From positions 32,001 through 96,000 of the forward strand of contig JBFRWI010000002.1 of NCBI GenBank assembly GCA_051439505.1: 64,000 nt of DNA. The letters run 5' to 3'. Each line of letters begins with the position of its first letter. Positions within the stretch are counted from its first letter, which is position 1. Both the position numbers and the translations under genes were made by a program. This stretch comes from Hormoscilla sp. Lineage in GTDB: Bacteria; Cyanobacteriota; Cyanobacteriia; Cyanobacteriales; Desertifilaceae. This document shows positions 55,463 to 64,000 of the stretch, one piece after another. The notes beneath the pieces are model-generated. The model did no database searches, was not told the origin of the DNA, and was given only the letters and a program-made list of their open reading frames with translations.

Positions 55463-56041
55463 ATGGTATATTTACAATCGCCTCTGGAATTAGAACTGCA
55501 ACTCACGGACGAGCAATTTTTTGAGCTTTGTCAAAAGCATCGTAATTTGAAATTTGAGCGCAATGCAACTGGAGATTTAATCATTATGTCACCAACTGGA
55601 GGAATAACTAGCGATCGCAACTCGGATATTAATTTTCAACTCAGGGCCTGGAATCGCGATCGAAAGCTGGGAAAAGTTTTTGAATCATCCGGCGGATTTA
55701 AGTTACCCAATGGGGCCGATCGCTCTCTCGATGCTTCTTGGGTGAAACTGCAACGCTGGAATGCTTTAACATTAGAACAGCAGGCCAAATTAGTACCCTT
55801 ATGCCCTGATTTTGTGGTGGAATTGCGCTCTCCTTCCGATGCCTTAAGTAAGGTGCAGCAAAAGATGAATGAATACATAGAAAATGGGGCAGAATTGGGA
55901 TGGTTGATAGACCCCAAACGGCAAGTCGTGGAGGTTTATAGGCCCTCACAGGATGCGGAAGTGTTGCAGTCGCCCAAGACTGTATCGGGAGAAGCGGTAC
56001 TACCGGGCTTTGTTTTGGACTTGACGGAAATTTTCTCTTAG
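55463..56041 (+). CDS. Uma2 family endonuclease
   Basis: ERNATG.LIIMSPTG, PLCPDFVVELRSPSD, LGWLIDP. Confidence 0.9.
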   Translation: MVYLQSPLELELQLTDEQFFELCQKHRNLKFERNATGDLIIMSPTGGITSDRNSDINFQLRAWNRDRKLGKVFESSGGFKLPNGADRSLDASWVKLQRWNALTLEQQAKLVPLCPDFVVELRSPSDALSKVQQKMNEYIENGAELGWLIDPKRQVVEVYRPSQDAEVLQSPKTVSGEAVLPGFVLDLTEIFS

Positions 56042-56145
56042 GCGATCTGAAGAAAGTTGCCCGGTTTTCGAGATATATTTATCTCCCGATCGAGCGGAGA
56101 ACGATAGTTTGAATTCTGTTATTGCTTTGCTTTCCAATCTGGCAA

Positions 56146-56371
56146 GGGGTCTTGTCTGGACCCCTACTTGTTCCCAACCACAACGGCATGTTATGCTAAG
56201 ATTAGCAGCTAAGCCATGTTCATGTTTGCGCGACTTATATCAACAAGTTATTCTATAATTACAAGAAATTAAGGCATCGGAACCAAACGGAACCGGTGCC
56301 GAGGAGACAAACTGTACAGTACCGGTGATACCTGTATAATTCACTTACCCTTGACAAGCAATGAAGATAAA
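56146..56371 (+). repeat. Cassette boundary: repeat A (39 bp) plus left end B (~187 bp), copy 1
   Basis: Near-identical to 60370-60603. Confidence 0.92.
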
Positions 56372-56435
56372 TATGATGTTGATGAATAAATCAAGTTAAA
56401 ATAGTATTGTACTCTCGCATTGCTGTCCAGGAACT

Positions 56436-57503
56436 ATGAAAGCAGAGCTTGTTAAGAGGTTGTTTAGGGCGATCGCTAGTGGAGACCAAGAGGCGATCGA
56501 CAAACTCACGTACATAGTAATTTCAGAAGAGCGTAAGAAGGGACACACATTGTTAGCCGATCAGTTAGAAAATATTACTAAGCACCAGTCAAAGTCAAAT
56601 GGTTCCCAAAGGGTACCACAGACAGAGCGATCGCTGCGGGAAAAATCGGATAAAAGCGCCTGTAGCACGACTAAACCTGCGATGGAAGAACAGGCGTTCC
56701 CGCCTATTCTACAGGATCTAAGCACCCTGCCAACAAATAAGCGATTTGATTTTCCTCTAATTACGATCGTACCTCCAGAGAAATTACGGCATCATATGGT
56801 GCTGCCGGAGAAAATTGAGAAACGTTTCCGGCGAATTGAACGGGAGTATGCTGCCAGAGATAGGTTAGCTCATTATGGCTTGCGCTACAGACAAAAAATT
56901 CTTTTGTACGGTCCTCCGGGCTGTGGTAAAACCTTAGGAGCTGAACGTTTAGCTTGGCACACCGGTTTACCGATGGTCAAGGTGCGATTTGATGCCATAG
57001 TGTCGTCTTTTTTGGGGGAGACGGCAAGTAATTTGAGCGTCGTGTTTGAAAAAGTGGACAAGATGGACTGCTTGTTGTTTCTGGATGAATGTGACTCCCT
57101 GGCTAAGTCACGGTCAGACCCCCAGGAAGTTGGTGAAATTAAGCGTGTGGTGAATACTTTTCTGCAACTACTTGACGATTACTCCCCATCTTCTGGTATG
57201 ATAGTGGCAGCCACTAACCTCAACGAGTCCCTCGATCGGGCTCTGTGGAGGCGATTTGATGATTTAATTGAAGTGCCACTACCGGGAGAGCAAGAACTGC
57301 GGTTGATTTTGTCAGAAAAATTCTCGACAGTGGAAGTAGGTGCGATCGACTGGTCGCGGATAATTGCGCAAATGAGTGGCTTCTCTGCTGCTCAAGCAGA
57401 AAAAGTAGCTCAAGATGCCGCGAAACGCGCTATTCTAGATCGAGAAGAACTCGTAATTCAGCCACATCTAGAAGAGGCGATCGCCGAAATCAAGGTTGTT
57501 TAG
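56436..57503 (+). CDS. AAA+ ATPase (IetA-like)
   Basis: Walker A GPPGCGKT, Walker B FLDECD, SRH AATN..LDRALWRRFD; directly upstream of an S8 peptidase. Confidence 0.88.
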   Translation: MKAELVKRLFRAIASGDQEAIDKLTYIVISEERKKGHTLLADQLENITKHQSKSNGSQRVPQTERSLREKSDKSACSTTKPAMEEQAFPPILQDLSTLPTNKRFDFPLITIVPPEKLRHHMVLPEKIEKRFRRIEREYAARDRLAHYGLRYRQKILLYGPPGCGKTLGAERLAWHTGLPMVKVRFDAIVSSFLGETASNLSVVFEKVDKMDCLLFLDECDSLAKSRSDPQEVGEIKRVVNTFLQLLDDYSPSSGMIVAATNLNESLDRALWRRFDDLIEVPLPGEQELRLILSEKFSTVEVGAIDWSRIIAQMSGFSAAQAEKVAQDAAKRAILDREELVIQPHLEEAIAEIKVV

Positions 57504-57524
57504 GAAAATTCCGAGGAGAATAAA

Positions 57525-60110
57525 ATGGTTGAACGTTATGAAATGTTTCCACATATTCAGCTTAGGCAGACAGCCGAGGGCACTGCTGTATCGACCGGAG
57601 GATCGAGAAGGAAAAATTCTCGCACAGAGTGGAATAAGAGTAACCGAGGGGAACATGGCAGTAGGCTGAAGGGTGTCGCTGACTCTATAGTTGCTGACTG
57701 GGAAAATGTCCAAGATCAACGGCAAGAAGAAGGAAAACCCCTACTTGAAGCTAGGCGTCTTACCTTACTGACAGATCCTGAATCTTTCGATCCAGATAAG
57801 CTAAAAGCTTATGGCATTGAGGTAATTTTAGAATTAGAAAATGGGTATATAATCGGAGCGTCAGCAGATTTAGAACTGACTAAGTTGCAAGAAAAGATCG
57901 AGAAATTCATCAATGATGAGCGAGGAGGAGGTAATGTTGCTGAAGTTTGGGAGCTAATTGATGGAATTAAAAGCCCGGAGTTTATTCTGTCTCCTGAATT
58001 ATGGGAGCATTGGGATAAAGTTAATGACGAACAGATATACAATATTGATGTAGGAATTGCCTGTTTAGGACTTCAATCTAAGCTTTCCGACCCTCCAGTT
58101 AGAGAACCAGATGAAAGTGATGATAAATACGCAAAAAGACTTAAAACATGGAGCGATAAACGCGATCTACAATATCAAGAGTGGGATGAACTAGCTATGG
58201 CAAGAGAAAATGAATTGGAAGAGTTGATCTCTAATTATAACGGAAATTTACTTAGTTTAGAGGAAGATCGGATTCCAGAGTCTGCCAAGTTACCAGATAG
58301 TTTTTCCTGTCGCATACAAATTTCAGGTAAGGGGTTAAAAGACTTAGTTTATAACTTTCCCTATATTTTTGATGTCAGCAAACCCGATCAGTTTGCCGAA
58401 CTCGTGCAACCGCAAGGTTTATCTGATGGTGAAGACCCCTCTTTTCAGCTAGAACCACCTGGCCCAAATGCTCCCAAGGTCTGTGTTATTGATAGTGGGA
58501 TTCAGGAAAGACATCCTCTTCTGAAAGCAGCAATTGATTCAGAGAACTCACGATCTTGGTTGCCTGGAAATCAACAAACTGCTGATTATGTTGAAAATGG
58601 TGGACATGGAACCAGGGTCGCTGGGGCGGTACTTTATCCTCGGACTATACCTCGGAGTGGGAAGCAACCAGCTATTTGCTGGATTCAAAATGCGAGAGTC
58701 CTTAATGATAACTGCAAACTACCTGAAAATCTATTTCCCCCTAATATGTTGGGGGAGATTGTAGAGTTATATAAAGGAACGAGAATATTTAATCATTCTA
58801 TTACCGGAGCGCTTCCATGTCGCACCCAATACATGAGTGCTTGGGCAGCGGCGATCGATCAACTGACGTGGCAAAAGGATATTCTCTTGATTGTGGCGGC
58901 TGGTAACTTGCCTTTATACAGTAGAATTGGTCCAACCCGATTATCTATTCCAGAACATCTGGCAGCAAATCGACCTTATCCAGATTATCTTTTAAAGGCA
59001 GGGTGCCGAATTGCGAACCCGGCACAAAGTTTCCAAGCTTTAACGGTGGGATCGATTGCTCATAATTCTTATTATGCCCGGCCTTATTCTTCAATAGCGC
59101 AGAAAGATATGCCTTCAGCCTTCTCCTGCTCGGGATTGGGAATTTGGGATACGATCAAGCCAGAAGTTGTTGAATATGGGGGCGATCTGGTAAAGGATGA
59201 GAGTGTACCACCTAACCTTACTTACCATGAAAGCATTTGTCCTGAATTAGTGCGATCGACATTAAACGGTGGTCATGCAATTGCCTCGGACCAAGTAGGA
59301 ACCTCATTTGCAGCGCCAAAAGTCAGCCATATTGCAGCTCGTCTCGCCTCTGAGTTACCTGATGAAAGTTGTCTTTTGTACCGCGCCTTAATAGTTCAGT
59401 CAGCACGCTGGCCAGAATGGACAATGGCAGATAATGTGGATCAACTGCATGTATTGCGTCAAATAGGTTATGGTATTCCCAATATTGAACGCTGTTTAGC
59501 CAATTATTCCAATCGGATCACGATGATTACTACAGGAGAACGCCGAATTAAAGCTCGACAAGCTCAGATTTACGAAGTAAAACTACCTAATTCATTGCGT
59601 TCTCAAGGAGATGAGTTAGAGATTTTAGTGGAAGTTACCCTGTCATACAAAGCTCAACCCCGTCGAACCAGACGACATCGACGCAAATATCTTTCAACTT
59701 GGCTTGACTGGGATTGTAGCAAGAGAGGAGAAGACCCCGAAAGCTTTCTTTCCCGACTTTTGCAAGAACATGACGCCCCAGAAAATGCGGATCCAGGAGA
59801 AAGTATTTTCAAGTGGACCCTGGGAAAGCAAAAGAATTACGGAATAATTAAAGATGTTTCTCGGGGTGCAGGAACTATTCAGAAGGATTGGACTGTTGTC
59901 AAGTCATTTGAACTGCGAGAATCTTTCTGCATTGCAGTGGTTGGACATCAAGGTTGGAACAACGATCCGGATGCTAGCGTTCCCTATTCTCTAGTTGTTA
60001 GCTTTGAAGCGATCCAAGCTAATGTACCAATTTATCAGGAAATATCCTCAGCTCAAGTACAGATGGAAGTTGTCGATCGGGTAGAAATTAAATCCACAGG
60101 GAGGATATGA
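57525..60110 (+). CDS. S8 subtilisin-like peptidase (IetS-like)
   Basis: Triad VIDSG, GHGTRVAG, GTSFAAP; AAGN oxyanion; no signal peptide. Confidence 0.88.
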   Translation: MVERYEMFPHIQLRQTAEGTAVSTGGSRRKNSRTEWNKSNRGEHGSRLKGVADSIVADWENVQDQRQEEGKPLLEARRLTLLTDPESFDPDKLKAYGIEVILELENGYIIGASADLELTKLQEKIEKFINDERGGGNVAEVWELIDGIKSPEFILSPELWEHWDKVNDEQIYNIDVGIACLGLQSKLSDPPVREPDESDDKYAKRLKTWSDKRDLQYQEWDELAMARENELEELISNYNGNLLSLEEDRIPESAKLPDSFSCRIQISGKGLKDLVYNFPYIFDVSKPDQFAELVQPQGLSDGEDPSFQLEPPGPNAPKVCVIDSGIQERHPLLKAAIDSENSRSWLPGNQQTADYVENGGHGTRVAGAVLYPRTIPRSGKQPAICWIQNARVLNDNCKLPENLFPPNMLGEIVELYKGTRIFNHSITGALPCRTQYMSAWAAAIDQLTWQKDILLIVAAGNLPLYSRIGPTRLSIPEHLAANRPYPDYLLKAGCRIANPAQSFQALTVGSIAHNSYYARPYSSIAQKDMPSAFSCSGLGIWDTIKPEVVEYGGDLVKDESVPPNLTYHESICPELVRSTLNGGHAIASDQVGTSFAAPKVSHIAARLASELPDESCLLYRALIVQSARWPEWTMADNVDQLHVLRQIGYGIPNIERCLANYSNRITMITTGERRIKARQAQIYEVKLPNSLRSQGDELEILVEVTLSYKAQPRRTRRHRRKYLSTWLDWDCSKRGEDPESFLSRLLQEHDAPENADPGESIFKWTLGKQKNYGIIKDVSRGAGTIQKDWTVVKSFELRESFCIAVVGHQGWNNDPDASVPYSLVVSFEAIQANVPIYQEISSAQVQMEVVDRVEIKSTGRI

Positions 60111-60296
60111 GGCGATCGCGCGCTCCGGTGCTGACTTAAGGCGCGAACTTGCATGACAGTTATAAACAGCGCTCAAAAACGGGCGATCGCTTCTAGATCA
60201 TCGGTCAAGTAGAATAGAAACCGGGTTTCTCGTGATAGCAGCAACGAGAAATCAATGATTTTACCAGAGAAACCCGGTTTCTTGACCGACGTTCTC

Positions 60297-60603
60297 GCCA
60301 TTGCCAGTTTTTCGACCTGCTCGCAATTTCAATATTGGATATTCTAGCATGAAAGCTGGGCCAGCGATCGGGGTCTTGCCTGGACCCAGACTTGCCCCCA
60401 ACCACAACGGCATGTTATGCTAAGATTAGCAGCTAAGCCATGTTCATGTTTGCGCGACTTCTATCAACAAGTTATTCTATAATTACAAGAAATTAAGGCA
60501 TCGGAACCAAACGGAACCGGTGCCGAGGAGATAAACTGTACAGTACCGGTGTCTACCTCATACCTGCATAATTCACTTACCCTTGACAAGCAATGAAGAT
60601 AAA
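60297..60603 (+). repeat. Cassette junction: right end C + repeat A + left end B
   Basis: 60297-60408 matches 61965-62078; 60370-60603 matches 56146-56371. Confidence 0.92.
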
Positions 60604-60619
60604 ATTTGAATTTTTTGAT

Positions 60620-61879
60620 ATGGATTCTCTCAAATTTATTCGCATCCGGCAAAATTGCAGTCAACCTGAGTTAACAGATATTCCCGATGCCATTAAAACG
60701 GGAATTCAACAGTTAGCCCCGGGAAAATTCATTCAACCAGGACAAACAGTCGCGATCGCAGTTGGCAGTCGAGGGATTGCCAATTTAGCCCAAATTGTTC
60801 AGACCATTGGACATGAATTGATCGCTTTGGGGGCACATCCTTTTATTGTCCCAGCAATGGGGTCTCATGGAGGGGGAACAGCGGCAGGACAAGCGGCAGT
60901 TTTGGCGAGTTATGGCATTACAGAAGCGGCGATCGCGATTCCGGTTCGTTCATCAATGGATGTGGTCAAAATTGGCACTACTGATTTAGGCATTCCCGTG
61001 TTGTGCGATCGCCTTGCCAGTGAAGCCGATCGGCTAGTAATTGTCAATAGAATTAAGCCTCATACTCACTTTAGCGGGGAAATCGAAAGTGGGCTATTAA
61101 AAATGATGACCGTGGGGTTAGGAAAACATCGCGGTGCCCAGATTTATCATCGCGCTTTTCAACAATATTCTTATTACCAAATGATTCGCGATGTGGGCAA
61201 AGTCATTTTGGCAAAAATGCCGATCGCCTTTGGGGTGGCTATCTTAGAAAATAGCGCTCATCAAACCGCTGAAATTGCGATCGTTCCTGCCGCTGAGATT
61301 GAAACCCAAGAACCGCAACTATTAACAAAAGCCAAAGCCTGGTGTCCGCAACTTCCGTTTCCAGATAGCGATATTCTGATTATTGACGAAATAGGTAAAG
61401 ATATTAGTGGGGCGGGTTTAGATCCGAATGTCACTGGACAAAAAGAAATTTTAATCGGCAAGCATCACCGCAAAAAAGTCAAACTCCCGAAAATATTTGT
61501 GCGTGATTTAACCCCCGCTACCGAAGGAAATGCCATTGGAGTCGGCTTGGCGGATTTTACCACCACCAGACTGGTGAATAAAATTAATTTTCACAAAACC
61601 TATACCAATGCGATCGCAGCCCAAGATATCCGGGTGGCCAAAATTCCCATCCATTTCGAGAGCGATCGAGAAGTGTTAACCGCGATTTTTTCATTATTAG
61701 GAATTGAAGAACCCCAACGGGCAAAGATGATCTGGATTAAAAATACCCTTGACTTGTCTGAAATCGAAGTTTCTCCGGCTTACCAGGATGCGATCGGCTA
61801 TTATCATGATTTATCTCCATTAACGGAACCTCGTAATATTCCCTTTGATGCTGATGGTAATTTACCAGATTTTTGCTAG
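60620..61879 (+). CDS. LarA-like (lactate racemase domain / DUF2088) protein
   Basis: AIAVGSRGIANL, PAMGSHGG, NRIKPHT, ESGLLKM..VGLGK; alternative start 60593. Confidence 0.72.
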   Translation: MDSLKFIRIRQNCSQPELTDIPDAIKTGIQQLAPGKFIQPGQTVAIAVGSRGIANLAQIVQTIGHELIALGAHPFIVPAMGSHGGGTAAGQAAVLASYGITEAAIAIPVRSSMDVVKIGTTDLGIPVLCDRLASEADRLVIVNRIKPHTHFSGEIESGLLKMMTVGLGKHRGAQIYHRAFQQYSYYQMIRDVGKVILAKMPIAFGVAILENSAHQTAEIAIVPAAEIETQEPQLLTKAKAWCPQLPFPDSDILIIDEIGKDISGAGLDPNVTGQKEILIGKHHRKKVKLPKIFVRDLTPATEGNAIGVGLADFTTTRLVNKINFHKTYTNAIAAQDIRVAKIPIHFESDREVLTAIFSLLGIEEPQRAKMIWIKNTLDLSEIEVSPAYQDAIGYYHDLSPLTEPRNIPFDADGNLPDFC

Positions 61880-61964
61880 TATGGTCTCCTGCACCCGATT
61901 AAAGACCCTCATCTCCCAACCAGTGAACAGAAAGAGACTTTTTCCACAGTGGGGGTAAATCCCA

Positions 61965-62078
61965 GCCATTGTACCGGTTTTTAGACCTGCTCGCAATTTC
62001 AATATTGGATATTCTAGCATGAAAGCTGGGCCAGCGATCGGGGTCTTGTCTCGACCCAGACTTGTCCCCAACCACAAC
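61965..62078 (+). repeat. Cassette boundary: right end C plus repeat A, last copy
   Basis: Near-identical to 60297-60408; not followed by B. Confidence 0.92.
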
Positions 62079-62094
62079 CACGGGGCACCCTCGA

Positions 62095-63984
62095 TTAACC
62101 ATCTTCCTTAGCAGGCATGATTTGCTTGGCCGCTGGTTTATATGAGGGTTGGAGGGCCGGATCGTATGTACCTTTGACATAATTAATCTTGAATTCTTCC
62201 AGCCAATCAACTAACAGGGCTTCAATTTCGTCGATCGTCTCCCCCTGCTGGAGTTCCGATCGCAGGGTGTTAATTAAATTCCCCACTAACCGTTCTTTGA
62301 GTTTATCTGCTGCGGGGTCTGGTATTTTGGTTTGACTGCCGATGTAGGCTTTCTGGGGACTCTGGGCGATCGCCTTAGAAATTTGCCCGACCAAATTATC
62401 AGCAATTTGGTTAGGCAAGCGCCCTAACAGGGGCAGACGCTGAAGTTGCTTATAGATGGCTGTCTGGTGCATCGCTTTTTTCACCTGATACTCAAGGAAG
62501 GCTTGCAAATCTGCATGGACTTCGGGAAGCACTTTGCAAGTAGTGATTTGCAGCAGACGACTAGAGATCGCCTGCATTTCATCAGTATCGTTAATATCTA
62601 TATAGCTTCGCTTGGGTTTCTGGTCGCGCTTCAGGACTGCCCGCTTGATGCTACCACTCCTGACAGACCCCTGGAGTTGGTCTATACCTCGACTAATCAC
62701 AGTTTGGGTGATTTCTTGAGCGTAATTAGCAATCAAGCCCACTCCGATGCGGTTTCTAATTTGCTCCAGACTGGGCAATTTCGCTCGTTCCAGACGAATC
62801 ACTGCTGTGATTATCCGCAGTAATGGCACCCAAGGTTGTAGCAAAAATAGATCGTACCAGCGCTGTTTCATTGCCGACCACCAACTTATATGGCTGCGGC
62901 GCGCGATCGCCCCCGTCCGCAGCAGGAACCATACCCAAAACAGCACGAGCCAAGGCAAGTCAAGCAGCCAAAATCTATCGATATATTCGTTATTGTATCC
63001 CATATGGCGATAGTAAATCTGGCGCATTAACCCCTGAATCTCCCGTTCAAAAAACGCCAACTCTTTTTGCCATCCTGCTGTCTCCAAGTTCTTGCGAGTC
63101 CAAAAGCTATTAAATGCTTGTTTAGATGATTTTTCTGCCCAGAGTACTTCCGGAGCCAGATATTCTAATACACCCAAGGAGTCTAGCAATTCGATGCGCT
63201 CGGTTAATTTGACCTCGCTCTTGGGTTCGCGCTCGTAGATATGTTGCTTCATCCGGTCTTTGATCAGTGACATTGTACCAGTCTGTTGGGATAACTGAAA
63301 ATAATCACTGTCAAGCAGTTTGTTGCTGCGATCGCGCAGTTCCTGAAGCAAAGTATCTACCTCGGGATCTGACATTCCCTGTTCTGCTAATATTGCTTTC
63401 AGCTTGGCTACTTTTTTGAGATATCCTGTTGTATCGCGATAGGGTTCAATCCCCTTAATAAAATCATAGTTTAAACCGGGCTCGTTAAACAAGAACAAAA
63501 AGCGAATTTCCCGATTAAAGAAAGCTAACTGACTCTGCCATCCTTTGGCTACTAAATACTCCCGACTCCAAAAAATCTCTACAGCTTGTTTAGCATCTTC
63601 TGTGCCAACCGAAGATGCGAACTTTTGTCTGATTGTTGCTAAACTTCCCTTGCTGTCTGTCACTTCAAATGGAGGATCCTCGAACAATATCTCGATGCTT
63701 TTTTGGCGCAACTCCTGTAGTAATACTTCCACTTTTGGCAATTGTAAGCCACCTTTTTTTAACTCCTGTTCTAGGGCGGCTACCGTTTTCACATAGTCCT
63801 TTTGGCGAGTCTGACGCGATCGAGTCCAGTAGCTTTGGGCCCGCAGATAAACTGGACGGGCTTTCACATAAGTGAGGTCAAACACCACTAAGCCTACATT
63901 GACTAAGATTACCAGTGCCATGACCCGATCGACTAACAGTCCTAAGCGCGATCTTTTGGGGGAAGTTGATTTTTCTAATGACAT
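62095..63984 (-). CDS. Cyanobacterial membrane protein with an internally duplicated domain
   Basis: TMs near the N-terminus and middle; repeated LLQELR..S / KQA...FW....L...GWQ..LAFF.REI block. Confidence 0.7.
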   Translation of the reverse strand: MSLEKSTSPKRSRLGLLVDRVMALVILVNVGLVVFDLTYVKARPVYLRAQSYWTRSRQTRQKDYVKTVAALEQELKKGGLQLPKVEVLLQELRQKSIEILFEDPPFEVTDSKGSLATIRQKFASSVGTEDAKQAVEIFWSREYLVAKGWQSQLAFFNREIRFLFLFNEPGLNYDFIKGIEPYRDTTGYLKKVAKLKAILAEQGMSDPEVDTLLQELRDRSNKLLDSDYFQLSQQTGTMSLIKDRMKQHIYEREPKSEVKLTERIELLDSLGVLEYLAPEVLWAEKSSKQAFNSFWTRKNLETAGWQKELAFFEREIQGLMRQIYYRHMGYNNEYIDRFWLLDLPWLVLFWVWFLLRTGAIARRSHISWWSAMKQRWYDLFLLQPWVPLLRIITAVIRLERAKLPSLEQIRNRIGVGLIANYAQEITQTVISRGIDQLQGSVRSGSIKRAVLKRDQKPKRSYIDINDTDEMQAISSRLLQITTCKVLPEVHADLQAFLEYQVKKAMHQTAIYKQLQRLPLLGRLPNQIADNLVGQISKAIAQSPQKAYIGSQTKIPDPAADKLKERLVGNLINTLRSELQQGETIDEIEALLVDWLEEFKINYVKGTYDPALQPSYKPAAKQIMPAKEDG

Positions 63985-64000
63985 GATTCCAAATTTGTGC

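Noticed and set aside
56146..62078. Classical integron with attC sites
   Set aside because: No intI gene in the window, and the repeats lack the RYYYAAC...GTTRRRY attC structure. Kept as a different, unassigned cassette type.

Overview
64 kb of a cyanobacterial chromosome. HIP1 (GCGATCGC) is very frequent, heptamer STRRs and many GTAG-type REP/MITE palindromes are present, and the gene content looks like a filamentous Oscillatoriales strain (inference). Most of the window is housekeeping and signalling: glgB, polA, pds/crtB, rsgA, MnSOD, rpiA, fumC, msrP, sufU, nblB, three histidine kinases and an adenylate cyclase. The most interesting part is 56146-62078, a tandem array of two unrelated cargo cassettes (an IetAS-type AAA ATPase/S8 protease defence pair, and a LarA-like gene). 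The cassettes share a ~190-bp left end and a ~75-bp right end and are bounded by three copies of a 39-bp direct repeat whose right edge resembles a dif/Xer site. No recombinase gene is visible in the window. Also notable: an apparently intact IscB plus omega/HEARO RNA locus with related hairpins at both ends; an RppA-like two-component locus with OB-fold target genes and TGTCAC-N5-TGTCAC boxes; a Pol I whose proofreading aspartates are substituted; several pseudogenes, fragment duplications and nested MITEs. No tRNA, rRNA or CRISPR array was seen. All calls come from reading motifs by eye, without database searches.
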